Shown in pieces: positions 37,001 to 51,676 of a stretch of DNA of 64,000 nt. How positions within the stretch are numbered: position 1 is the stretch's first letter; the number at the start of each line of letters is the position of its first letter. The translations under genes were made by a program, and so were the position numbers. This DNA is from Selaginella moellendorffii (lineage: Eukaryota > Plantae > Lycopodiophyta). The stretch lies in assembly GCF_000143415.4 (NCBI RefSeq), contig NW_003314315.1:1-64000 (forward strand), read 5' to 3'. The notes under the pieces are model-generated. The model saw only the letters and a list, made by a program, of their open reading frames with translations. It did not search any database and was not told where the DNA came from.

Positions 37001-38996
37001 TTGCTGTGGCTATGGCCTCTTGCCAAAACATCTTGTCAAGATGTGCATCAGCTAACAAAGCATGAGCAGCATTGACAAGAGTATGATTCTTTCTTTCTGC
37101 AACACCATTTTGCTAAGGGGTGTAACGGGCTGTAGCTTGTAGTCGTATGCCTACATCACGACAAATGCCCCGAAGCTCATTGTTGAGGTATTCACCACCA
37201 CCATCAACTTGAAGAGATTTTATCTTTCGATCAAGGAGGTTTTCAATATATGCCTTGTACGTTTGAAAGGCAGCAACTGCATCACTCTTACGCATCAAGC
37301 AGTGGATGCATGTTCAACGGCTATAGTCATCAATGAATGTGATGAAATATCTTGAGCCATCATGGCTTGGCACGTCCATGGGGCTGCAAAGATCAGAATG
37401 GACCAAATCCAGAAGTCCAAGTGCTCAATGCTTACTCAGTGAGAAATTTCGGCGGTGATGCTTGCCTAAAACACAAGCTTCACAAAATGTAGATGGGATA
37501 CGTCGGAAATCCAATCCAGTAACAATATCTTGGCATTTCATCTGTTGAAGAGATTAGTAATGAACATAACCAAGTCTTTTATGCCAAAGCTCTACATGAG
37601 AATTTGCCTCCACAGACTGAAAGGCCTGAACTGGGTTGGCAGCAGTAATCTCATATAAGTCCCCAATGCGTGACCCACAAAGCAACTATGTACCAAGCAT
37701 ATGAAAGTTGCTAGAGTCAACTAAAGAGACTCCCTTTGCATCAAAGACTACCACTACATTTTGATCACATATCTTGGTGACAGACATTAAGTTTCGTCGC
37801 AAGGTGGAAACATGCATAGCACCATCAAAGGCCATGGTCCTCCCATGATCAAGTGAGAGCCGAAATTGCCTGATGCCATCCACAGGGATGGTGGTATTGT
37901 CACCTAAATGAAAACCATGTTTTCCAATGCTCGGCTGATAACACTCAAAAAGACTCTTCCTATTGCTCATAAGATTAGTACAACTAGAGTCTAAGAGCCA
38001 CCAGCTTGGTGTGGCAATTGCCTCTGCATTGTAGAGCTCCTCAACAGCCTCATTTGCAATAGCAATTCCATCACGCTCAAGTAGAATTGCTTTCGCCAGC
38101 ATAGCTAGTTGCTTGACAGGCTTGGGAGCAGGGCAATCTCAAGCCCAGTGGCCCATCTCCAAGCAGCGAGCACACTGATTCTTAGCAAGTTTGGGCTTGG
38201 CATGCCCAGATGCCACGGAATTTTGCCCTTTCTGGGCATTTGCGGCTGCATGTGGTTTTGCCACCTAGGCATCACTAGAAGCCTGCAAAGCATACATAGC
38301 CTATGGCATTTCATCTCTCTTGCTTCGCATGGCCTCAATGTTGTGAAGACTCCTCACGGCATCTACCCAAGTCATCCCTAGTTGGAGAAGCAGGCTCTCA
38401 ATTGCATTCTTCCAGCCAGCTGGCAAGGACCTATAGAGCCATAGCCTTTGTTGCTCATCTGTGAGACAGTGCTTCACCCCAGCAGCCGCAAGTTGTGTGA
38501 AGAAGCCCTAGAGCTTGGCAGTGTGAGTCTGGATACTGCCATTTTCCTCTAGCCTCAAGGAATCCATTTGTGAATGGATGTTGAAGACATCCATTTCACT
38601 CTTGGTGCCATAGGTGTCACTCAGCCACTTCCAAAGCTCTGCCGCAATGGACTTTGGAATTGATGGGGCAGCAAAGAAAACATTCGAGGACAAGCATATC
38701 ACAATGTTCCCTCTAGCCTTGGAATCCCGAAGGTTCCAATCACACACCTCAGCAGCACTAGAGCCTGGAGCCGGTGATGACTCTGTCCCATCTAAAATCC
38801 CCAACAAACCATGAAACAAGAGATAGGATTCAAGATGGATTTTGAATCCCTCAAACCCTTCTCCATCAAACTCGTGGATGGATGGCTTTCCTTCCATCAC
38901 TATCCCAACTCCGATACCATGAGACAAATCGGGATTAAAGCGCACCGCGCTAGCGGACAGAACAGGAAAACCCTAATGGACACGTGGCGAGGGTGT
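34085..38996 (-). mobile_element. Ty1/Copia LTR retrotransposon, degenerate, very short LTRs
   Basis: LTRs 34085-34172 and 38920-38996. PBS TGGTATCGGAG (iMet-type); PPT as reverse complement CTCCCCCCC. gag, protease WLLDSSCT, integrase LQVDGGGEY, RT HMDVKTAFLNGDL, LRKALYGLK and YIDD, RNase H. Flanks GCCTC/GCCTT. Confidence 0.93.
35055..35732 (-). mobile_element. Cassandra-type TRIM (5S rRNA-derived LTR domain) nested in the Copia RT
   Basis: LTRs 35055-35203 and 35539-35732 (TGTAA...TTACA); PBS TGGTATCAGAG; PPT AGGGAAGTGTGGTGGAT; TSD CCACG/CCATG; non-coding internal region; 35556-35610 is 5S-like. Confidence 0.9.
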
Positions 38997-39292
38997 GCCT
39001 TGTCCATTAGCAAGCTAAGCTGTACCAAATATCAACGAACCAAAAGCATGTCCCGAGTTTGATATCCGACAGCCGGCAGACTTAGAATTTTAGCGGCTTC
39101 TTCTCCCATGCGGATCAGTGCCGCCTCTTTTCGAGAATTCGAAGTTTTCGAGGGAATAAAACACCTAGGAACACAACTGCTGTCCTTGGTGAAGTAGTCG
39201 GGCGGAACACTTTTAAAGTTTTACTAAAAAAAAACATTTATTGTATTAATCCATATAATCAAATGCAAATAAATCTAAACCAAACATTTTAT

Positions 39293-40273
39293 TCATAAAT
39301 TAAGCTTTTTGACTTTCTTCACCAAATCAACGCTTTTGGCTTTTCGTTGGTTGGCATGTTTTATAAGAGCCGGCAGCTTCCAGTCCAAAACCCTGTCACC
39401 AAATATAACTCTGGCAATACCTTTCACAATAGTTAGTTCCTCTTTGAGTGCCTGTCCTTCAGCAATGGGATACTTGTTCATGTTGAATGCATTCTTTCTA
39501 AATGTGGCAGTTCCCACAAGCAAATTGGTCGCGTTTTTAAATTCTGGAACGTATTCAGTGTTTCTTGATGCCTTTGATGCATTGACTGCTGCTGCGCTCA
39601 TGTTGCCTTTCATTTCTTTGGTTAAACTGTCTAGCAAATCCTTGTCACTTAATGACTTGGGATAACGCTTCTCCATATTTTTTACCTCTTCAGTTTTACC
39701 CTTCTGCTTGAGATAAGCAATCTTCAATTCCACTTGCTTCCTAAACTCTGGAATACCTGAAAGCTTCTTCTCCTTACTTATCAAAAACCCAATAGGATCA
39801 ATCACTGCACACCCAACCCATTCAATTCCCATGACCACAACATAAAACTTCTTAAACCTGTGGCGTTTGATGTTGTCTACCAAGGATCTAACCCCATAGT
39901 TCAAACCTTGGTAGAGGCCAAATGTCCACTTTTGGTTGCCTTTCATCTCAAAGATGGATCTTCCGACAACTTGATTGTTGTCATATGTAACAAGTCCTCG
40001 TACATCAACTGCCTCACGAGCCTTTAGATGAGTTCCATCTTCGTGAATGAAGGTGTCACCTGTGAAACTAAATCCCGATCGATCTGACTCTCTAGATGAA
40101 TTCGAAGCCCGTGATCCTGGGCGAGATGGATCTGGTACCTCTTCAAGCGCATCAGTAATAGAGCTCATATCAAAACTAGATACAGCATCTTTCTTCATGT
40201 TCTTCTTGTGCTCACCGTCAAGTAGTTCACCTTTCTTGGGAGCCAAACCGGCAAAGACAGGAACATGGCACAA
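39293..40273 (-). CDS. Orphan intronless ORF (>=326 aa, 5' end runs into gap) with a putative PD-(D/E)xK nuclease-like domain
   Basis: AVDVRGLV...SIFEMKG...GLYQGLNYG...FYVVVMGIEWVG fits the D...E-x-K...QxxxY...G-x-x-W pattern. Upstream ORF 40448-40852 on the same strand may be its N-terminus. Confidence 0.5.
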   Translation of the reverse strand: MCHVPVFAGLAPKKGELLDGEHKKNMKKDAVSSFDMSSITDALEEVPDPSRPGSRASNSSRESDRSGFSFTGDTFIHEDGTHLKAREAVDVRGLVTYDNNQVVGRSIFEMKGNQKWTFGLYQGLNYGVRSLVDNIKRHRFKKFYVVVMGIEWVGCAVIDPIGFLISKEKKLSGIPEFRKQVELKIAYLKQKGKTEEVKNMEKRYPKSLSDKDLLDSLTKEMKGNMSAAAVNASKASRNTEYVPEFKNATNLLVGTATFRKNAFNMNKYPIAEGQALKEELTIVKGIARVIFGDRVLDWKLPALIKHANQRKAKSVDLVKKVKKLNL

Positions 40274-40282
40274 GCTACTGCC

Positions 40283-40422
40283 NNNNNNNNNNNNNNNNNN
40301 NNNNNNNNNNNNNNNNNNNNNNNNNNNNNNNNNNNNNNNNNNNNNNNNNNNNNNNNNNNNNNNNNNNNNNNNNNNNNNNNNNNNNNNNNNNNNNNNNNNN
40401 NNNNNNNNNNNNNNNNNNNNNN
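40283..40422. other. Assembly gap (140 N)
   Basis: Run of n. Confidence 1.
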
Positions 40423-42699
40423 CCAGCTACTGGCTGTATGGAAACGGTCATGTTAGACTGCGTGCGTAGCATTCTCCAAACTTTTGCATCTTCAGAATGA
40501 CTTCCTCCAGCAGGTAACTGGAGACTTGTTTGTCGAACTTTGTAAGCTTTCCATCTTCAAATTTTGTCATTTTACCTTCCTTCACTTGAACAAATGGATT
40601 GCACAGCTTGAAGATGTTCTCATCCTGCATGGCGTTGGATGGAATATCAGATGCATTGATGATTTTCCTAGCCATCTTGCTTCTCCTTGCTCTCCTGGTA
40701 CACGGCTCAAATGCCTTCAATTCTGCGCCATTTAATAGCCTGACTTCCTTTCCGTGATGAACTTCTCTTCTGTACTGTAAAGCACTCGGACTTATGTGCC
40801 CACAAGAAAAATTCTCCTGATTGTGCGCAAATTCAATATGTCCAGTGATCATTTCTGGATTGAATGCAAATTCAGTGAATGGGACTGGACATCATTTCCC
40901 AATTGTCTGCAAATTATAGCAATCATTTCTGGGTTGTATACAAATTCAAGTCACCTGGAGACGCGTCATTGAATAGAAAGTATCTCATTATAAAAGGTCT
41001 TCCATGCCATGTTGTCGCAACCAAAAGTGCAAATCAAGCAGCCACAAACTCAAAGAAGATTGCTGAAAGAAACAGCAAAAAAAAAAAAAACCATTCCCCA
41101 AGACTGGAATTCCTAGCATATGCCAGCTAAAATCATTCCACACTTCTTCATTAGATTATAAATTGACCAAAATGCTTATGAGTAGGTGGAAAGTTCAAGG
41201 TTAAGAGTCTTTTCGAGCAAATTTTCCTAGAAGGCACAGTATAGTATACGCACATTTCTGTACAAACACAAGTTTGTTTTTGTGATTTAGGGTTTGGACT
41301 GAAGGCTTGAAAGAAATAGTAAATGAACAACCTAGAAAGGAACTTTTTTTGTTTGATTTAACAATTGTCATCTTGGTAGCTCTTAGGTGTTACTGCATCG
41401 CATGATTATTACGATGTGTAGGTGTATTGAAACACTCAAGGCTAGAAGTGGTGGTGTTCCAAATAAAACTTTGGTTTGGTTTAGAGGAACTCCAAATATA
41501 AAGGCTTAAATGGTTATTTCAATGGTTTTGCATGATGTAGGAATTAGCCTGAAAAGTTTCAAAGTTGCAAATAATAAACCACCATTATAATTGAGTTTGA
41601 GTTTGAGATTTGCTTTTCATTTATATTTTACTAACTTGCATAAAACTTCAATATTTTTAGCAAGGGAAAATGACATTTAAAGAATACATTGAAAAAATTA
41701 TTTTCTTGATTAGCCATGTTTTAATAAAAGATCTAAATTAAAACCAATTTTACTTCGTTGATGGTGTTCATAGTGAGAACATGAAGCAATACTTTGTGTT
41801 ATTCCCAATTTATAAAGAGTTTAGAGGAGTATGGCTTATTAACTTAATAATGATAAGCACAAGTCTTACAAGCCTTTGAGTAGTCATTCAGTTGAGAATT
41901 GTTATGGGCACAAAAATGGGAATAAACATCACGAATCTATGGTGGCTATTTCAGGGTTGAAGAAGCAAATTTTTTATGAAGAATTATAAACAAGGTTATT
42001 ATCATTCTAGCGAGCTTAGATACTATAAAGCTAATTGTCCAAAGCTAAAGAACAAATAACATAGCAAGAAGAATGGTCAATTTTTTATTGATGGTAATTT
42101 AAATATTAAGAAAAATATTATATCATGAGGAGGAAGATTGTTCTAGTTGGAAGAAAACGATTTTAGTCACTATTTGTCAACTCAACTGTGTGTGGAACAA
42201 AACAAATTGAAGACACTTGTGCATCAGCTTTAATACTTGAGAGTATATTCTGTGGTAGTCCAATGCAAATTTTATGATAATAATTTTGTTTTGAAAATTT
42301 ATTAAGGAGCACATTTTAGTAATATAAAGCATTTCATAAAAGTTATAGCTACTTTGTACAATATTTGATATTTGTGTAAAGGGGTTAAAAGCACTAGTTA
42401 GAAAAACCATAATTGTGAAGACTTTTTATCTCATGATCATTCATTGCATGGATTTTATTCCTAGTTGAAGAAAGCCTATCTAGTGGTGTTAAGGATATAT
42501 GGTTTAGAGAGGGAGTTTAACTTTCAGGTATTATGCTCTTTCATTACATTTTTAAAATGGGTTTATACTTTTGAGTTATCTGATATTTATTTATGACTTC
42601 AGAAACCAATACACATGTGGGGGAGAGGCAGTATTATGACTTATAGTTGGCTAATATTTTTCCATTTGAATTTCCTTATACATTGCCTTTATTATGAGT

Positions 42700-44950
42700 G
42701 TGAGATTACACTAGAGTCAGAGACAATGTAAATCTATTAGTATCCATTTCAATTAAGCTATGTGGAAGAGTAAAATGTTAAATAATAAATCAAGGAATTA
42801 CTTAAGTTTGGATTTATTCAACTAAGTAAGTTTTTTTTTTGGCACATCAGTCTTATTTGTAAATAAGAAGGATGACTTAATGCAAATATGTATTAACTAT
42901 TGTGTTTTGAAAAAGAAAATGGTGAAAGATAAAATGTTAATATTACATATAGATGATATCCTAGACAAGTTTGGTGAAACCCAAGTGTTTATCAATATTG
43001 ATATAAGGAGTGGACATCATTAGATTACAATGGATAATATCTATCTCTAAAATAATATTCAACATGAGTTTCAAACATTTTAAGTTCACAATTATGCCAT
43101 TTAGATTGATGAATATATTAGCTATATTTGTTTGGTTGATGATGGAAGTGTTTAGGCATTATCTATATGAGTTTGTGGAGATTTTCTTGTTGAGCAAAGC
43201 TCTAATACTTCAACTTACTAATCTATTTAAACCTTATAAAGTAATTTGTGATGTGAATGGTTATACATTGGGGGAAGTTTTCATGCAAAAGGGGCAACCT
43301 ATTATATATAAAAGTTAGACTTTACATTTTGTGGAACAGTGATATTTCATATATGAGGAAGAGTTACTTTCAATTGTAACAAAAGAAAAGTGATTAAGCA
43401 AACATCATGTTTTTCAAATATAAAGGCACTATCTTTATTGTGTAGTGTCTATGATATTGATGAATTATAAATATTTTGTGTATTTATTCATATAAAAGGA
43501 GTTAAACACTAGGCAAACTTATTATATAGTCAAACTCATAGAGTTTGGAGAGTTTCCTATCAAGTATCATTTGGAAAAAATGAATATGATGGCAAATGCT
43601 TTATCATATACTTCTTATATATCAAAATTAAAAATATAATTTTATCATCATTTGAGTAAAGTGATAAGTGAGTTTGGGTAGTCAATTGAAGTTGCTCAAA
43701 CTCAAGATGTTAATATGGTTTCATTGCAAGCTTAGATAGAAGCATTAGTGGATGGGATTCTTTACTATAATAGCCATATAGATGTGTTAATTAATCAAGT
43801 TTTATTCTACTATCATGATTATTCAGAGGCTGATTATTTTAGAGGGAAGAAGACATAAATAAAAAATAATATTTATTAGAGGAGTATCCTCAAATATTGC
43901 AAATTATATAAGCTTTATCAACAAGTAAAAGTATCACAGAAGAAGTTAAAAGAGCTTTTGCAACCTTTGCTTATTCTTCAAAGTTATTAGTGTAGTATCT
44001 CTACATACTTTATCACTTATTTACCATGAATACAAAGGTATTGAGTAAATGTGGGCTATAGTGAATTAATGAAGTATATGTAGTTGTTACCTCTTTAAAA
44101 GATTTCACTGCCTCAAACTTGGTTATGGTCTACTTAGAGAATGTTTTTTTTATTTTGTTTGCCAAAGGATATCATTAATGATTGAGACTCAAAGTTCATT
44201 AGTGGATTTTAGAAAAACTTTATTTAATTATAATTTACTTAAAGAAGGTTTTCTTTGATTTTAGTTTGCTAGAGGACATTAGTAATGATTAGAATTCAAA
44301 GTTCACTAGTGGATTTTAGAAGAACTTCATAAAAGTTATGCAAATGACTTAAAACTCTCAAGTGAAATCATCCTTAAATAGATAGGTAAATCAAGTGTGT
44401 AAATCAAATGATGGAGATATGATATACTGTAGCATTAGCTAAAAGTAGAGATAATAAAATTTATATCTTCTACGTAATTCAATTATAACAATAACCAACA
44501 CGGTGACAATCATTACTTTACCATGTTTAGAAGGTATCCCAAAACAGCATTAGAGTTAGAATTGCATTTGATTAATGATAATTTGGATAAGTTTGATTTA
44601 GAAATGATTGATCTTGCTACAAACCTTAATGAGATTATAGTGGTGCATATATGGAATTTGTAAATAGTCTAGAACATAGTGGAGAATGTTGCTAATGAAC
44701 ATCATCAATTTAGAGAATATAATGTATGAGACGTTTTTTTAATGCAAGTGATTTTTATGTCAAATGAGTGGTAGAACACTTTAGTGCTTTTACAGAATGA
44801 GAAAAGTGACAAATTTTCTCACAATTATGCTGGTTTATATAACTTGTTATAAAGTAGCTTATCAAATGCAATTGTTAGCTGGAATAAAAATTCATTTGAT
44901 ATTTTATGTCAATTATTTGAAAAGTGTACTATCTTAGAGTGAAGAGCCTA
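42700..44950 (+). mobile_element. Highly decayed Ty3/Gypsy pol remnant
   Basis: IKELLKFGFIQ.SK..FG..VLFVNKKD.LMQICINY, FTIMPFRLMN, KPYKVICDVNGYTLGEVFMQKGQPI, integrase DIINDRDSKFISGF; very AT-rich, no long ORF. Confidence 0.8.
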
Positions 44951-46949
44951 ATGACACCTTAATGTATATGACTTTGAATAATAGATTAAAAACTTAAACA
45001 GAATTCCCTAAAAAAGGTGATAACTGGTGCAACTCATCTTTGGGATAAGAATATTGTTGAAGGGGAAGAATTGTTAAGCCTTAACTTTGACCACATAATC
45101 AATTTGTCAACTAAAGGATATATTATAACATGGATTTAGTGTAGAGTACCCTAAGGGCTCATAATGGTAGTGGTGGTTGTGGGTGGTGAGAAGGTGTAAT
45201 GTTATCTAGATGAAACTAGACTTCTTTATCTTTATCATTTTGTGCCAAGTCATAACACTTATAATCGTGAGTTGCTCATAGGATTTTAGCTTTATTATAA
45301 CTATAGTGTGGGAGTTAGTGAGACTTATTTGGTGCTAAAGAGAGCTTGGAAGATATAACTCATCTATTTGCATCCCAAGGCAAATAATGGTGCTATAGAG
45401 AAATTGACTAGGTTTTACTCATTTCTTCCAAGTCAAGAGCCTTTAATGGCCTCCAAATAGATAAGTAGCCCACTAAAGTCTAGATACAAAAGCTTAGAGT
45501 TGTTTGCCTCTTATCCTTTAAGGCTTTGGTGGTTTTCACGTGGAAAGTGACATGTAAAAACTTGGATGCATAAATTGGCTTGTTTGTGTACATTGCCATT
45601 TTGGGAAATATTAGTGACATTTCCTTATATCTAAAGGCTGAAGTTAGTGGTAGAGATGCTTTCAAGTAGCTCTAGGAGCATGTTGGGCATCATTATGCCC
45701 ACACAAGCAAAGAGAGTATCAAAGAACTATCTTTTATTATCCCTTCCTTTGACAAATGTTTTTTGTAACAAGTCAATGTAGAGAGGTCTCCCAATGGTCT
45801 AGGAAAGCTCCCAGCAAGGGGCTTAAGAAATCACAGTCCACAACATTTCCCCTACAAAGGCATCACACATAATTGGGAGATTAACCAGCTTGTGGCATAT
45901 ATGCTTTGTAGTGTCTAGAGAGTGGCATGCCCCACTTAAGAGCCAATATAGCTCAAAACTGCTATTTCTTCAAGACTAGAGTATTCTCCAGTGAAGATCT
46001 CTCCTAGATCAAAGCACTATTAACAATTGCCACATATGGCATTTGCTTCAAGAACAAAATCCCCATCTAGCAAACACTGTCCCAATGGCAAAAAAAACTC
46101 GCAAAAGCTACAAGACATGGTCCCATGACAAATGAAAAAGAGTGAATTGACGGTATTGTAGCTCAGGGTGAGTATGACACTCTGCCTTGTTGCCATCTCC
46201 CTATAGGAAAATGTGGCAGTGACAATTCTTGGCTAGAAGTAGTTGTAGATGATGTTGCATCATCCAAATCACCATGCCACATCTTGGAAACATGATCTAA
46301 GATGCTTAGCCTCAGGCATACATCACAAGGTATAAGGAGAGACGATGCTTGGGTGCCCTTGGTGCTCCTGCTACTGTTGTTGCCACTGTGGGCATAGTAG
46401 AGACCCATTAGGCACTATACTTGCATAAAATCTAGGATGGGCTGCCATGAAGAAGAGGCATGATAGGTTTGCTCCTGGGTTGTTGCCACTATTGGTTTTG
46501 TTGCTAGGAGTAGAAGCTCTCTCCCATCCTATCTACTTTCACTAAATATTCATCCACAGCCTTAGCTGAAAGTTGCCAATGGGAAGAGCTTTCTCACCTA
46601 GTGCTGTCATAATTAAAGTGACTTAGGAACTAGATATTCACTCTTTAGATGCGCAAGAGAGGATGGAGACAAGGAGAGATTAGAGAGAGAAGAGGCAATG
46701 TAGTTAGAATGTGTGAGCCTGAATACGACTACATGCTAGTGATATATTTGCTAGCTCGACCACTCCAAAACAATATTGAAAGCCTGGACCCATTATTAGC
46801 TTCACAAGCTTAAAGCGTTTATTCTTCCAAATTAAATTTATGGGTCCAACTGATCTACATGGCAGCGGTAGAATGATGGGGTAGCTATTGCATTTTTGTC
46901 AACTTCACAACCAGCCTGTTGCAATCCTCAATCATTTAAACGAACGAGA

Positions 46950-47380
46950 AGATTCAAAATGATAACCTGCCCAAGTCCATGCATGCCCGCCTTATGTCAC
47001 TCCTGTGTTCGTCATATGAAGAATGACTCTAGCCTGCCCTAGGTATGTTCAGCTCCTCTTCTGCTAGGAATGCAGTCATTAAACCGGATAAAAGAACCCT
47101 TAAATTTTACAGCCCCTACCAAGGAGAACTTGCTCCTGCTAAACAATAGCACTCAACCCAGAGAGAAGTAGAGAAAAGTGGAAGAAACAAAGAAGAAAGA
47201 GGCAAAGAAATCAAAGATGTAAAGAAGAGGGTTGTATTCCCTCCGGACATGACCCAATCAATAGCCGCAATTCTTGAAACCTGGTGGAATCGCGAGCAGT
47301 ACCCCGCATCCGGATTGGGCAGGGACAAATTCTTCGTCTCGCAATCCATAATCGCTGCCTGGACGTTCATGCAATGCGAG
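46950..47380 (-). pseudogene. Possible D-type cyclin relic
   Basis: CETKNLSLPNPDAGYCSRFHQVSRIAAIDWVM resembles the cyclin-box start (R..AIDWI); downstream TAFLA/YLGR fragments are disrupted. Confidence 0.3.
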
Positions 47381-47493
47381 AGATCCAAGACTGTAGCATA
47401 GCCCGTGCATGGGTTTCGAGATCTCACTAAAAGAATTAAGGACTAAACTTGGCAGCAAACCTTTTCCTATGTCATTAGAGGAGGCGACCCTGG

Positions 47494-49341
47494 CTAGTGG
47501 TATTGCAAGCTTTCGTTGCAGTACTGCTTGAAAGAAGCATTCTCCTCAGTGATGAAGTCACTGGACAAGAAAATTGAGCGCGTGAAAGGGTATAAGAGAA
47601 TGGATGAGACACTACGCACCATATCCGGGACACCATTTCACTTGGATCCCAGCGGGGACTCCAAGGGTAATCCTCGTATGCTCGAGAGATTGGCCGTCCT
47701 TGCGAGTCGAAGTGCTGAGAAACGAAGCTTTAGCTTAACGATATCATCACAACACACAGATACCTGTGAGCTTTGCAACAGCAAGGTGGGCTGGACTTTT
47801 GGAAACTGCAACGGTAGAGAGATGTGGATCTTCAAGAAGAAAGCATCAACAAAGTCTCAGTGCCCGAAACAGGGAATAAACTTTTATTTGCTTACCAAGA
47901 AGGTGAAAACGCCAGCCGAGGCTATCATGGAAACCTTTCTGCCAAAATCCTGCAAAACTTCGTGTAACTTCTTCTCTTTGTATGAATCAAGCAACTCCAT
48001 CTAACCGTTTCAGCTTCAAGAGGCCTTCCAAAGACCGGAACCAATGCTTCTATGAAATTTCTCCGGAGCGTCAGAGACGCGCAAGCATCGACTATCTACA
48101 CAGCACACTTAACCAAATCAGCCACAGCCGCCGAGATTCTGCTTACTTGTGACTGTAGCAACTCTAGCAACTTGGGAATGTACTCGGCTAAGCACCTAAA
48201 TGATCAAACACAAGCTTTAGCTAAGATACAATACATACGCAAGGAAAAGAAAGAAACGCTTACATGCTGTCCGTCCAAGCGGGGAGCCTAACATCCTCCA
48301 CCTTGAAAACCTCCCTGAGAACGTTTGGAGCGTGGAGTTTAATCAGAGGAACAGCTGACAAAAAAGTAAACTCCCGCTGCACTGGATAGCACACCTTCAT
48401 CCAGAGCCAGCAAATTTTCGAATGAGCCAGCAAAAGGAAGTCGAGGAAAGGCTTACTTGCAGCACTACTCCGGTATTAGGCGGCTGTAGCAAAAGGCGAC
48501 TCTGCCTTGCTAGCTTCGAAAGATCCACTTCGTGGAGTGGAATGGAAAAGATGACTCGCGCCTGTTAAACTGCGAACAATTATCATCCAGAAGAACAAGG
48601 AACAAGGCAGACTTTTCACTCACATTGTCTCCATCTGTGACGAGTCCCATTTCAAGATCCTGTCCAAGTAAGAAAAGAGAAACACGCAAACATGGAATCA
48701 AAAGAAGAAGAAGAGGAGAAAGATAAAAGACTACCTCAATGCTCTCGAGTGTGTTAACCTCGAAATGGAGACGAGAATCCTTGAGCTCTTCCACTCGCTT
48801 GCGTTGATACTGAAGATACTCGTTCCTAGAAGATGGAAATCGTAGCGAAGTCTCTTTTAAACAATCAGAGAAAAAAAGAGATCTTACCGCAATTCAACGA
48901 GGAACCTGAGAAGTGTGGAAGGATCTTTCGAGTCCCAGCCTTTCAAAATGGAGGAAATCGAAGAGTTCGTGGCAAGTGGCTGAAAATCCGAGTCGTGGGC
49001 AGCAAAAATCACATCCGGTGGCCAGTATGGATGCTGACAGCTGAAAATCACTTCCCCTGGACAACCAAAAATCTTTAGGAGAAGCACGCTCGGGATAAAA
49101 AAAGAAGGCTACTCACATCGAACCGGCTCAAGGAAGCAAGGAATGAGCACAGAGAAGCGATCGAAAAAACTGTGCGACTCATGGCTCTTCCGGAAGCCAT
49201 CGACCTAGACGCTCCAAAGAAAATCAAAACAAAAACCTTTGATCGATCGCTCACCTGTATGGGCAGCACAGAGTTCTGGAGAAGATAGTCGACTTGATCC
49301 ACAATGTCGCGAGGGAGCATAGGAAACCAGCTGGGCGCCAT
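47494..49341 (-). CDS. BRCC45: BRISC and BRCA1-A complex member 2 (BRE/BRCC45), multi-exon
   Basis: MAPSWFPMLPRDIVDQVDYLLQNSVLPIQ, DRFSVLIPC, PPDVIF, ISLPLQFPKVQPTLLLQSSQ, C-terminal YPWSPRWDPSEMVSRICDFITEENASFKQYCNESLQYH*. Confidence 0.88.
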
Positions 49342-49580
49342 CGCCCCTTCTTTTTAGCAACTTTAAACCCTAAGCTCATTAAGTTCGACAGAAAATGCGA
49401 ATATTCGTAGATCTCTTCGTAAAGCAGCAATCTTTAAGCTCTACGCCTCCACACTCCAAGCTCCACGCTTCATACTCTCCGAGCTCCATTCATACTCTCT
49501 AAGCTCCTCCAGCTCGCTCCAAACTCTTTCAGGCTTACAAGAGTAGAGACTTTCAATTGAATTCATTCCGAGATTTCCTC

Positions 49581-51360
<1,780 letters not shown>

Positions 51361-51676
51361 TGTCCTCTCGGGCCAAAGGAGAAAACTCTCCACACAATGC
51401 TTATAAAAATTGGTATCACATTTGAATGGAATTTACCCGCGAGCAAATGTAAACCATGAGACCGCGTTGGCGATAAGGTGGTCAGGCCTCGCCACACACT
51501 CCTCATCTCGACCACCGTACGCATGTGAGTTTTGGCCCGTGGCCCAAATCGTCGTGGACCTGGGTTCGAGTCCTCTGCCCCGCAAAAATATCCAGAATAT
51601 CTACAAGTGTAGGGTTTGTGCCAGCGAGTGGGGGACGTGGATAGAGCAATGAAACCCTAGTGCGGGATTTTCGGAA
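51361..51676. promoter_or_regulatory. Putative bidirectional promoter, GAPB/ALB3 (316 bp ATG-to-ATG)
   Basis: I-box GATAAG 51472-51477, site II-like GGCCCA 51541-51546, telo-box AAACCCTA 51652-51659, TATA-like motif on the minus strand ~51401-51409. Confidence 0.55.

Noticed and set aside
45200-46750. A separate retroelement or LTR
   Set aside because: Purine tract and TG start near 46698 but no partner LTR or clear domain.
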